This document shows positions 45,051-57,843 of a DNA stretch of 64,000 bases, in pieces. Under the pieces are notes generated by a model that was given only the letters and a program-made list of their open reading frames with translations, was not told where the DNA came from and ran no database searches. The DNA comes from Octopus vulgaris. Lineage: Eukaryota. The DNA lies in the NCBI GenBank assembly GCA_951406725.2, contig OX597816.1:55862001-55926000 (forward strand), in the 5' to 3' direction. The number at the start of each line of letters is the position of its first letter. The stretch's first letter is position 1. The position numbers and the translations under genes are program-made.

Positions 45051-45169
45051 TACCGATGCAAATACACTTCATGGCTTTGGACACTTTCTCACTTCAAAGA
45101 TTCTCGTTTTAACCCCTATTTGTTCTTTATCGTTATCCATCTTTTCAAAATTGTTCTGTTATACGCTCT

Positions 45170-45520
45170 GTTTCTGCAGCATCGATAAGGCTCTCTTGTT
45201 TCATAACTCTGCGAATATGTTCGTCTTTGAGGATTTTAATATTCAGCATGAAGAGTGTCTTAAGTTTTCTCAGAGCACCAGAGCATATGGCATTGATGTG
45301 TGTAATTGTGCACTTCCTCAATCGCTCACACAACTCGTTGACTTTCTTACTCGCATTCTTGATCCCGATGACCAATTTTTCTCCCTCTTTGATCACTTGT
45401 TGGCATCAAATCCTGATATCTGTAGGGTTTGTCATGATTCTCCCCAGGTGGGGGGCGGATACCTGATCATGCTGTTGTTTCAGTTGGCGTTTCACCGAAT
45501 TGTTCTGCTGCCAAGAAGTC
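45170..45520 (+). mobile_element. Degenerate APE endonuclease of a CR1/Jockey-like LINE
   Basis: VFEDFNIQH (GDFN.H), LTQLVDFLTRI, SLFDHLLASNP, then DHAVV after a frameshift. Confidence 0.7.
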
Positions 45521-47009
45521 CCCATTTCATCGTTCTCTATTCAGCTATGATTCTGGTGATTGGGAGAAATTAAAAGAGACATTCTGAAGCGATGCCACAT
45601 TCTCTTTGCTTCCTGAGAAAACAAAACATCAGAACGCAGTATCGGGCGCCAGTCCTGCTTCTCGTCAGTTCAAGTATTTGAGAAAAGTCGACTCCAAAAT
45701 GGGGACCAACTTCGTGCAAGCAGGGAACGAACGCTGGCAAAACTCCGCTCCTCTAAGTGGAAAGCTTAGCTGTCATTGTGATTTTGCCACACGAAGCAAA
45801 ACAAGCCGTCCACTAAAGAAAACATAGTAAATAATCCAGAAGCACTCAAGCAAACTGAGTCCTCAAATTGATCCATTTGGCAAAGGGTTCTCAAGGCACC
45901 TGCAGACCTGAAGACACACATTTGTGTTCATAGGATAAGGATTAACGCCTTATTTTATTGAACTGTCTTTATCGTTCACGAATAGATCCATCATATGTAA
46001 TGATTTCGGCAATACCGATAGATATATTGTCAAGAAACGCGCGTAGTCTATATAATTTAATATATCATTCAGAATAGTAATTGTAGATATTAATTTTGAT
46101 AAAATTTAATCTTATATATGTCTCACATAGATTATGTTCAATGTTGCTTGAGTTGCTTGAAGGTGGTTCTGTCTCTTAAACCTGTGTGTGTGTATATGTA
46201 TATGTAAGAAATCTAGTGGTATATTTAAATTGTAGGCGCGGTGGAGAGCAACACCTAAAGTTCATAACTAACGTACGGAGGTCAGTGAGCATTGAAACCC
46301 GCTTGCTAGCACTACACATAATGTTAAAAGTAAAAAAAAAGTACATTCCTGGTGGAAAGCAAGGCCCCTGGGGAGAATAGAAACCCAGAAATCCAAGAGA
46401 AAGTATAATATATATAAATTCATATATACATGTAACTTATTTGTATGCGAATACGTTAGTATTATATGCGTATGTATACAAATTTAGTTTGGGCTTGATA
46501 ATACGCACGTATATTTTTATCTAGATACACACATACACATACACATATATATATATAAAACATACATACATACATACATACATGCACGGAAATGGAAAAG
46601 TTAAGGAAAAAACAGAAATACGTCGAGTGAGATTCGTTCAAGTGAGAGGCAGTAATTAAATGGAGAGGCGTTCACTGATGGAGTTGCATCCTGGGGGACG
46701 ACAGTTTGCTTGAAATGGTTTTCTCAACTGGAAGAATTTTGAGAGCAGTACGTAAAAATTCCTGCATAATCTTGCCACCTATTGTGAAGATTCTGAGATA
46801 TATTTTCATCTCAATATCAATAATATTCGATATGCCATTGCGCAAAGAGGTAGAAAGAAATAGCAAATATTCTGTTTTGGTGTATAACACGAACGCAAGG
46901 CACACATATACTCACATACATAGAGACATAAGCACACACACACACACATGCACTCACACACACATACATATATATGTGTACTTAATATGTGTGTGTGTGT
47001 GAATGTGCG

Positions 47010-47192
47010 AAGAAAGAAAGAAAGAAACAAACAAACAGACAGACAGACAGACAGATAGACAGACAGACAGACAGACAGATAGATAGATAGATAGATAAAC
47101 AGACAGATAGACAGACAGACACACAAACAGACAGACAGACACACAAACAGACACACAGACAGACACACAGACAGACAGACAGACAGACAGAC

Positions 47193-47235
<43 letters not shown>

Positions 47236-47240
47236 AAGAC

Positions 47241-47302
<62 letters not shown>

Positions 47303-47347
47303 ATAGATAGACGGATAGACAAACAGACAGACAGATAGGTAGGTACG

Positions 47348-47409
<62 letters not shown>

Positions 47410-47420
47410 CATAGATAGAT
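47010..47420. repeat. (GACA)n/(GATA)n microsatellite
   Basis: Seen directly. Confidence 0.97.
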
Positions 47421-47461
47421 ATTGGTATAACATATGTGTGTGAATATATTTTTATTTATAA

Positions 47462-47518
<57 letters not shown>

Positions 47519-49989
47519 GAGAGAGAGATGTATGCATATGCATAGATGTGTATATCTATGTGTGTCTATAGTTTCGGAAATATTTGACATTCAACTTATA
47601 TTTTAGCTCAGCTTTCCATTTCGTTTACGTTATAATGCCCCAGGTTTCATAACTCACGCTAGAACAGGTTTTAACGAAATAATTTGAATGTGACTAAAGT
47701 TGCAGCTAAAAGTTAACTTGGATCTTAAATATTAAGCTATTTTTACGGTGCTTAATTATTGTGGCAGACAATGGCCACGACAGACACAGTTGTCTCTCTA
47801 ACTGAAAAGTCTTACATTTCAAATATACTCAATGACATGATGAGAGCAAAATCCTTTGGTACCTCCATGCAAAGAAATACAGACGTTGAATTTTCATACA
47901 TAATCTTGAGGCAGTGGATCACAAACTGGAAACTGGGAGAAACTACAACCAACAGATGGAGCAGTAAATGTTGGTCACGGAAATCCAATGCGATATTGTC
48001 ATTTCATTCAAACAAGTCTTGTATATTCATCTAAGACTTAGGAGAAACTTATTTCTACATGTTCTCTATGAGACTAGATATGACAATCCTACACCCAACT
48101 CCTAACTAAAATGCAAGCAAAAGGTTTATAATCATAATCGGGCCGGCAGCATTTGTATTAGCTAAAGAAATATGCTTTATATAGACATTTCCCTACTTTA
48201 ATGTATACCCACGTGCTACATCATGACCAACACATGCATGGAGTTTCATCGTTAAAAGCAGATTAAGATGTTTTATTCTTTGACAGAGTTTCAACGAGTC
48301 GGACAAAATGCTAGGCAGCATTTCTTTCGGGCCTTTATGCACTGAATACAAATTTCATCGAAGTCAATTTAGCCCTTCAACCGTTCCGAGTCAATAAAAT
48401 AAAGTGAAGTATATGGGTTCATGATATCGACTCGAAACAAGTATATTCTTCCAAAATTTGAAAACCATTATTATCGTATGGCAACGTCGTCTGGTTGATC
48501 GGGTAGTTATGAAACTTAAAGTAACGGGGAAATACATCAAATTTTAATCTTATACTCTGTATCGTGTATTGAGTGGTCATGTTATTTTTATTTCTGGTCA
48601 GAAACAATACTCATTTGCCCTAAATGTAAAACAATGTAAAGAAATGATACCATAAGTTATAGAATAGCAGAAAAAAACACACAATATCCACATCAGGATA
48701 TCGTCAAGAACCATTTGTTCAAAACAACTAACTGAGAAATCTTAGAAGGTACAAATAAGTATGACATGAAAAGCATACTTCTTCATGTGAATTTTCAGTG
48801 CACAGCAAAATATTTGAGAAGGTAAGAGAGAATCAGCGGCCGAGTTAATGGTAAAAGTTGATGCAACACGAATCTGGAATGCCTAGAGCAAACTAAGTAA
48901 TACGAGAAAGTAGAAATAGAAAGCGTCTCAACACTTGCCATAATTTAGAATATATCCATAAATGTTGCCAGGGCGTTCTTTGCACTGATTCAAACACGTT
49001 TCCCTGCTTCAGAAAATATTTCAAAAAAAATCTCTTACAGCAACATATTGTTAGCGAAGGCTTAGAAATCAAACTTCCGCCAAAAAATACAATCACCACT
49101 CAAATACATAAACACTTCACAAACAATCCAACACGAGCTAATCCCAAAACCGGACTGGCTTGTCGTGGAGTTAAAAGATGCCTGCCACATGAAGAGTATA
49201 CTGAAGAGAGACAGAGTCAGCAGAATGTAAAGGCATGCATCGAATTTCTCTACAGTACCATAAATGTAAATGCAAGAAGCAACTGAAGTGTACAAATATA
49301 TGATGTTCTTCCCCTCTTTCGAAATACCCTCAAAATGGAGATGAGATCCACAAAATAAATAAAGAAAGCTACAAGCACAAACATATACAACGATAGCAGT
49401 AGGCCCTTTCAACTATACCAGACTAACAGCTGAAAATTCTGAGTCTATTCGAGATTCATCTGAAGCAGAAGCCTTCATTTCAAGAGTTACAAACTTTCAA
49501 GCCTATTGCTGTACTAATAAATTATGCATTGCAAATTGGCCGAAACTACAATTTCCGTACGGAAATTAAAGCTAAATCCCAAATTTAGAGCGTCTTTCAC
49601 ATTACTTAAAACAGGCATTTTCTTACGTGTACTACATGACACAAAGGTGCTATCGGCAATTTGTCTAAGTTCGCACAGAGACTATGAGATGCATTAGAGC
49701 AAAGTTTATCCGCTTGACTGACGATTGGCCTTCGAGAAACTTCATATAATCACAGCTATCACTAAACAAATGAATTTATTTACACAGTTAACTATGTTTA
49801 GTGTACCTTTTGTGTTTTGTTATACACAAGCAAGTAGCATTTATTGTCGAAGGTCGTGCAATTTCTCTCAACTGATCAATTGACCAATTGAGTAAACCTA
49901 TCAGCAACGTGACTATAATGACGACTGGAAACAGATGTAACTTACTCTAATAAAGAAAGATGTGTGGTGACCATTATTTATACCTTGTC

Positions 49990-50026
<37 letters not shown>

Positions 50027-50509
50027 GTGTGTGTGTGTGTATTTATGTATATATGTATGAATGTATGTATAACAGTGAAGGAGTAAATGGTATAGTTATC
50101 CACTTTATATAGTTCAACCAATTAACGCTCTAATGGAGGAGCTTCAGGGTTAGGGTTACTGTTAGGGTCGGTGTATATATTCAATCAATCCATATCAAAT
50201 TATCGAAAGTTTCCACAATATACACTATACATAGATGTGTTCACATATATGAGACTTGATAAAAAATTTATAAGAATTCATAAATACATATACATACGAA
50301 GATTTATAAATATATAGAAATTCATATATATATATATATATATATAAATTTATAAACATATACAAATTTATAAATATATAAACATACAAACATATAAACA
50401 TAAATAAATAGATGTACTTGCGAGGCCCGAATGTCCGTATTAGAATGAATGAGGAGGGTTGATAAGAAAGTTAGTATAAGATGATTCATGAGGAATCTTT
50501 AATACGTAC

Positions 50510-50600
50510 AAAATCATACGACCGTTTCGAGAAGATATAGGATATGGGTGAGCTAACTCCAACAATAGCAATTATCTATACTTCTCTCATCAGAGTTAAC
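50510..50600 (-). ncRNA. Type I hammerhead-ribozyme-like motif (Penelope pLTR remnant)
   Basis: Minus strand CTGATGA-gagaag.tatag...ctata.cttctc-GAAAC-ggtc-GTA: intact core and long stem II, but stem I pairs poorly. Confidence 0.6.
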
Positions 50601-50825
50601 AGATTCAAAGAGTTGTTATTTTTTTTTTAAAAACGAATGTTTTGTTAAATCATACTCTTCATGATGATACAGACACACACACACACACATACACACACAT
50701 ACGCACACACACACACACATACGCACGCACACACATTCATGTAACACCTCTAATTCCACTTCGCTCACCCTCACTTCTTTTGCCTCATTCATTCCGTAGA
50801 AGAGCGTAGGCAGGAAACGTCAAAG

Positions 50826-51185
50826 TTAGAATTTTCTTCAGGGCGACTAGCCCATCATGCTCAAAAGGTTCCTAAATAAGGATTGTTTAGGATGTTGAAC
50901 GAAGCACCCATGTTTCCAGAGGTGAATTTTTCAAACCCCAAAGATTTTCTGTGAACACATGGCTATGGTGTTACCCTACAATTTCTGCTCGTGATCAGAC
51001 ATGCACATATTGTCAGCTACTTAGAGACATGCTCAACTGGTTAAAGTCAACAAAGTGAGAAGCAGATCTGTGTTATTGAGCAGAATATTAGCTATAGACC
51101 ATCTTTTATACCAAGACAAAACAACGTACATGATAACACTTCCATTCAGTTAAGAGCAAAATCATGATAGCCACAGCCAGTGCTT
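50826..51185 (-). mobile_element. Repeat family D, upstream portion
   Basis: Reverse complement aligns with 34265-34470 and extends further 5'. Confidence 0.7.
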
Positions 51186-51344
51186 TGTATTGCATATGCT
51201 ACATTATATCGGCACAGCTCACCGCACCCCACAGAAAACTGTTATTGACAGATGATATAATTTAGCTGCAGCCGGCTATAAAAAAATAGGAGCTTTTATG
51301 TATGTATGTATGTATGTATGTATGTATGTATGTATGTATGTTAT

Positions 51345-51550
51345 GTAGTCGCTATGATAGATCGTTAGCCACTACACACATGTTTTCTCTCCTTGCTTCT
51401 CTCCTTGTTTTTTCTGTGTCCCTTTCTGTAGAAGAGCGTAGGCTCGAAACGTAAAACACTTTTTCTATTCCTGAGCGTTATACTAATACATCTGTTTGTT
51501 TTGTACACCACCTATCTTCGTCTTTTGTTTTTTTCGTAAACTCTCCCTAT
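51345..51550 (+). mobile_element. Short Penelope/retrozyme-like repeat with a minimal hammerhead-like fold, inside (TATG)n
   Basis: cttt-CTGTAGA-a-gagc(gtag)gctc-GAAAC-GTA-aaac at 51422-51457; related pieces at 50790-50825 and 56452-56552. Confidence 0.6.
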
Positions 51551-52012
51551 GTATATATGTATGTATGTATGTATGTATGCATGCATGCATGCATGTATGT
51601 ATGTATGTATGTATGCATGCATGCATGCATACATGCATGTATGTATGTATGTATGTATGTATGTATGTATGTATGTATGTATGTATGTATACGTGTCGAT
51701 TTGTAAGTATGTAGGTACTTAAGCTCGCTGGTGTCTGGGTTGAAGTGTTGAAAGAGGTGGGATGGATGAGAATCCTGTAAATACATGACTTAGAAATAGT
51801 AATTATAATAATTGATTGCCGAATATTTGAAATTTTGTATTTATTACTAAACTCTATTCTAATTCAAACGTAGCGTTATGTGTCCCTCGTCAGGTGGTGT
51901 ATAAATATATACATGTAACTCTGTGTGTGTGTGTGTGTGGCGTTTATGGATGTATATGTGTGAAGTCTTGAATATGTACGGTGTTCGTTTGTGCCGAAGT
52001 ATGTGAGAGTAG

Positions 52013-52019
<7 letters not shown>

Positions 52020-52047
<28 letters not shown>

Positions 52048-52146
52048 TGAGTATGACTGTGGTGTGTGTGTGTGTGTGTGTGTGTGCTTGAGTATGACTG
52101 TGGTGTGTGTGTGTGTGTGTGCTTGAGTATGACTGTGGTGTGTGTG
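52020..52146. repeat. Minisatellite (TG)n-cttgagtatgactgtgg, 3 copies
   Basis: Seen directly. Confidence 0.9.
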
Positions 52147-52944
52147 AGTGTATAAGTGTGTGCACTGTGGAATGTGTATACGTACAAGGTTATGCGTGCT
52201 TCGTAAAAATGATTGAGTGTTAATGTGTTATTGATTGTGACAGTGACAAGACTAAACATTACTCCAGCAGTTATGACAGTCTTAAACAATAGGGTTGAGT
52301 TTAATATGTTTTATTTTATGGCCTGTATTCCTGTGTCTAGCCACCTGTCAGTCACGTGTTGTTAGGCATCTACCTAGGAAAACTATCAAATGTTTTAATA
52401 AATAACAACACTAGAGAATGGTGTTTGAAACATGTTTTAGTCTGCAGGCTCTGAAAGCTTGTTCAGCCACGGCTAATGCTGCTTGTTGAAGATAAAGGCG
52501 GAGGGGTGAGTTAGTGACCTGGAATAAAGTTTGTTTTAATAATTTCAGGTGTCCCTTAGATGTAAGTAGATTTCCCAGGTTTGTTTCAAAGAAACAATGA
52601 CTATGCACACGTAAGACAATTTAGTTAACAAATACACAGTTGTATGGCTTTAGGTTTCAATCTTCCGCCGGCTCCGAGGGCAAACTTTGGCTTCACTCAC
52701 GCTTTGCTATGAAGACTGAGTGAAGTATTGTTTTATCGTATACATTTTTCTATTAGACTCAACTATTCGCTCGGTGTAACCCCTTCACAGCGTCATTAGA
52801 TCCTTTAAGAGGAATAAGTTATATCCAGCCAGGGTATAATTTCATGCGATAAGGTTTTCGAGACTCCGAAAAGAGTGATCTACCCATTGACAATTATACA
52901 AAAGTAAAGCGTGTAAACGTATATTTTACTTCGTTTTTATTTTC

Positions 52945-53345
52945 TCTTGTTTCAGCCATTGGATTGCGTCATGCTGGAGCAACAGTTTGAAGAGTGTTCG
53001 ACAAACAATTTAGCCCAAGTATTTATTTTCAGTCAGGTTCTTATTCCGTTAGGCTCTATCTCTGAATCGCTGAGATACAGAGACGAAAACAAATCAGCAT
53101 CGGCTGCTAAGCAGGAGTGGAGGACAAACACAAATACACAAAAATATGCATATACGCACAAATATATATGCACACGCACATAAGTACATATAAGCGCACA
53201 CAGACACAAATTTGTGTTGGGGAGTGTATTAATACGATGGTCATCCACTCAGTTTTCGTCTCACAAATTCGCAAAAATCATCGTTTGGCCCATGGCTATT
53301 GTAAAAGGAACTGGCCCCATATGCTGCGCAGTGGGCTTGAACCAC
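52945..53345 (-). mobile_element. Old degenerate SINE family B
   Basis: cttgtttcagccattggattgcgtcatgctggagca ... gcagtgggcttgaacc. Confidence 0.6.
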
Positions 53346-53956
53346 ACACACACACACACACACACAGACACACACACACACACACGCACACACATATATA
53401 TATACATATAAATATATGTATTTATATATATTTTATCTCATTACGCAAAAAATTCCTATATACACACGCTAATATATCACCAATGTTGAACCCCTTATTT
53501 ACATAATCACCGAACCTGAAACTCAACTATGGTCTGTCTATAGCACTTTGGGTCTCAATGACACCATTACCTCTAATAACCTACATTCATATATATATAT
53601 ATTTAAAAAAAGGGAGATGTCGAACACGAGTGGTGATATATAAAAAAGGAAATGAAGAAAATGCTGACAAATAATTGAAGTAATTTAAGTAATTTAATTA
53701 GGTGAAAGTTCTTTTTACCGGTTGCGCATTTGTTATGCTTATCAAAATATAAAAGAGAGATTAGAGTCTGTCTCTTATATGTGAAAAAAAGAGGCTCCAG
53801 AGTTGTTTTGGATTTGCTTGGTTTCGCGCCTAAAATTTTGATTGGTCATTATGAAGGGGTCACGTGAATGTTTGAATGGAAGTTGGTGTTGGGGTAAGAA
53901 AAAAGGCTCCAGAGAAGTTAAAATTTGGCTAGTGTCCCGCCTAAAATTTCTTATTA

Positions 53957-55578
53957 AGCGAATTAATAAGTAAGGCATGCAAGGAAGCCACAAACTCTGT
54001 AATCAATGTCCCCTCACCAAATGACCTCAAATTGAGACCTATAATAGCAGGTCCCGCTTGCGAAACCCACCGCCTTAGCAACTTCATTGATACCCTTCTC
54101 AAGCCGTTCCTCAAACACATTAAAAGCTACATAAGGGACGATCTAGATATGCTCAACCACCTCCCCAATACACTTCTTGCTGAACAAACCCTGCTAGTAA
54201 CATTCGATGTAGTCACTCTTTACTCCAACATCCCCCACAACCTAGGAATAGAAGCTATCCAATTCTGGCTGGATAATTACTCCAACGAACTCCCACACCG
54301 CATCAAAAAGGAATTTATTTTAGAAGGACTCAAATTCATCTTAGAGAATAATTTCTTCACCTTCAACAACAAATTCTACAGACAGAAATCAGGGACGGCA
54401 ATGGGAACGAAAACAGCTCCCACTTACGCCAACTTAGTCATGGGATACCTGGAAATCACCCTCTATAATAACGTTCTTAACCAATTTGGCACCACTCTCC
54501 ACACACACATAGAGAAGAACTGGAAGAGATATCTTGATGACTGCTTCATCCTTTGGCCCGAAACCGTCGAGAAGCTTAACGAATTTCACACTCTTATAAA
54601 TGGGCTCAACACAAACATTATTTTCACAATGGAATACAGCCCTCAACAAATTCCCTTCCTCGACATCCTCATTAAAATTCACAACAAAAAAATAGAAACA
54701 GACATATACTACAAGCCCACAGACTCCAAGCAATACCTCCCTTTCAATTCATGCCACCCTAGACACGTTAAAATTAACATTCCCTACAAATTTGCACTAT
54801 AGTCTCCAATAAAAACACCCGTCTCTTACGTCTACAAGAACTCAAGGGCACATTAACAAGCAGGGATTACCCCACGTCACTAATTGACAATGTGATTCAA
54901 CGCGCCCTAAAACTCAGCACACAAGAACTTAGACGCCCTAAACCTGTTACATCGAAACCCCATACTCTACCATACATCTCTACACACAACCCCCTCAACA
55001 ATGAAGCTTTTGACACCATCCTCCAGAACATTCCTGTATTACAAAAGGACCATAGAATGAACCAAATCCTCCTAACACACGAAATCATAAAGAGCAAAAG
55101 GCAACCCAAATCATTGAAAACCATCCTAACAAATGCCAAAGTACTGCCAACCACAACAACTAAACCCACAGTAAACAAATGCAATAGACCCAACTGTGGT
55201 ATATGCATCAACCTAATAGAAGGTCCGGAATTCCTTTTTAAACAAGGACAACGTTTCACAGTAAAACACAACTTCACATGCGCATCAGAAAACCTAGTAT
55301 ATGTCTTAACTTGCTCGGGCTGTAATGAACACTACATAGGCCAAACAAAAAATAGCCTCCGCCAACGCATGACTGTCCACAGATCCCAAATAAAAATACA
55401 GGAATATAGAAAAATAGCATTTAGTGCACATATTGATACCTGTGCCGCACAACTCCATCCCAATTTTAGAATCTTTCCCCTCTACAAATTTAAAGACAAT
55501 GCCACTCATACCCAGCGAATAACCATGGAATCCCACCTTATTAATAAATACAGACCACTTCTAAACACATGCCCCTAA
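53957..55578 (+). pseudogene. Penelope RT plus GIY-YIG endonuclease ORF with a single frameshift near 54790
   Basis: LRPIIAGP, FDVVTLYSNI, GTAMGT..APTYANL, RYLDD, PFLD, YYKPT, SCHP; Cys linker KCNRPNCGIC; NLVYVLTCSGCNEHYIGQT..LRQR..H; terminal P.LN. Confidence 0.93.
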
Positions 55579-56286
55579 CACGAACCCACAACAAACACAC
55601 TTACACCTGCACACACCCTACACATACCTTTACCCAGATATTAACACCATGACACACACAAATATATGGTTCCACACATACACATAATTGAATACGGGTG
55701 CAAAACATCCAACACTATTTTTTGGAAATGGCTGTAAATATTGACTTCACACAAATACGTTGCTTCCCGATACAGGCACAAGGCCAGCAGAACTATAAAT
55801 ATTGAAAATTGTACCCACACACACACACATATATACACGCGCGCGCGCCCCAACATACATATAAACACACACGCGCGCGCGCGCGCACACACATACATAC
55901 ATACAGCTCTCCCTGTTCTAAACGAACTTACTTATCCAGTCAAGCGGAAAATTCACTCCCTAACTACGCGCTAAAAAGCTATTTAAAATATCCACATGAT
56001 GTCTACTGACCAGCCTGAACAATAAGAATTTTCAACAACACTATTTTCGAAAATTCTAAACATTCACGTGACCTCTTTATTATGGCCATTAAGAAATTTT
56101 AGGCGGGACACTAGCCAAATTTTAACTTCTCTGGAGCCTTTTTTCTTACCCCAACACCAACTTCCATTCAAACATTCACGTGACCCCTTCATAATGACCA
56201 ATCAAAATTTTAGGCGCGAAACCAAGCAAATCCAAAACAACTCTGGAGCCTCTTTTTTTCACATATAAGAGACAGACTCTAATCTC

Positions 56287-56334
56287 TCTTTTATATTTTG
56301 ATAAGCATAACAAATGCGCAACCGGTAAAAAGAA
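56287..56334 (+). ncRNA. Variant minimal hammerhead ribozyme in the pLTR (mirror copy at ~53708-53757, minus)
   Basis: TTGATAA-gcat(aacaa)atgc-GCAA-ccgg-TA-aaaag; palindromic accggt would form stem III in a dimer. Confidence 0.55.
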
Positions 56335-56395
56335 CTTTCACCTAATTAAATTACTTAAATTACTTCAATTATTTGTCAGCATTTTCTTTCATTTC

Positions 56396-56426
<31 letters not shown>

Positions 56427-56566
56427 GCATATATAATATATGTATGTATATAAAGACTTGTTCTATTTCTATTCCTGAGCGCCATACTAATACATTTGTT
56501 TTTTTGTACTCCACCTGCCTTCGTCTTTTGTTTATTTTCGTAAACCTTTCCGTGATATATATATAC

Positions 56567-56654
<88 letters not shown>

Positions 56655-57339
56655 ATGCATGTATGCATGTACGTATATATATGATATATACATACATATA
56701 TATAATATATATGTAACAAATAGATGATAAATACGATCTTGTCTGTATTTTAAGCAGTGTTTTAGTCATTGTGTGTAGCTTTCCTCGTCTATGCGACTGG
56801 TTTTTCTTTTGATTTCGGATTGTTTTCAGGTCAAATTAATTCGTTTTCCAATTTCTTTTCTTTTCTTTTTTTCAATTTCATTCCTATAATCATAGATAAT
56901 GCACTTATAATTTTCATGTTTTAAAAATTGCTTATTTACATTTTTTAAGCATTTTCCTCAAGTACCATAGCTTCAAACAGTTCGACTAAACCACATACAT
57001 AACAATGATTAAATGCGATATTTCTTGAATTTAGCAACTTTTCGTTGAAAGTAAGGTTTTCAGTATTTTAAAATATTGGCGGACAATGGCATATTTTGTT
57101 TCATAATAATTCTTTTCTCCGGGGAAAGAATTTTAGCGCTAATTTGCATATCAGAATAATAGAATTTACAATTCAATAAAAGTGAACTCTTTCTGAGTTT
57201 CTTTCACCCCAACTTTCCAGTCGTGATTTATCTTTCTCTCATTTTTACGCTCAAGGAAAACAAGAGTCATATTTAATGCGGCCATATTTCATGTTGCTTC
57301 ATGCCTAACAATTTATCTATCTATCATATATATATATAT

Positions 57340-57496
57340 GAGTGGATGTGTGGTAAGCAGCTTGCTTATGACCCACATGGTTCCGGATTCAGTCCCACTG
57401 CGTGGCAACTTGGGCAAGTGACTTCTACTATAGCCTTGGCCGACCAAAGCCTTGTGAGTGGATTTGGTAGGCGGAAACTGAAAGACGCCCGTCATA

Positions 57497-57587
<91 letters not shown>

Positions 57588-57795
57588 GTGTGTGTGGATG
57601 TTTTTGTGTGTCTGTGTTTGTCTCCCAACGTCGCTTGACAACCGATGCGGGTGTGTATAGTCCCCGTAACTTAGCAGTTTGGCACAAGAGAACGATAGAA
57701 TAAGTGCTAGTCTTCCAAAGAATAAGTCCTGGGGTCGATCTACCCGACTAAAGCCGGTACTCCAGCATGGCCACAGTCATATGACTGAAAAAATT
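57340..57795 (+). mobile_element. SINE family B (diverged)
   Basis: Similar to 60704-61117. Confidence 0.85.
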
Positions 57796-57843
57796 GAAAG
57801 GGACGATACAACCTGGACCAACGAATTTGCAAAGAGACTCTCT

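Larger units (their letters stand above)
53604..56400 (+). mobile_element. Penelope-like element (Neptune-type), 5'-truncated, with inverted pseudo-LTR
   Basis: RT and GIY-YIG domains; 53644-53953 is a near-perfect inverted copy of 56090-56400; (TA)n on both flanks. Confidence 0.95.

Noticed and set aside
45600-49500. Purine-rich, coding-looking stretches (45700-45990, 47760-48130, 48600-49450)
   Set aside because: Probably ancient LINE debris, but the motifs are too decayed to assign and stops are frequent.
53775-53993. Duplicated small protein (also 56068-56268)
   Set aside because: Chance ORF within the inverted pLTR copies.
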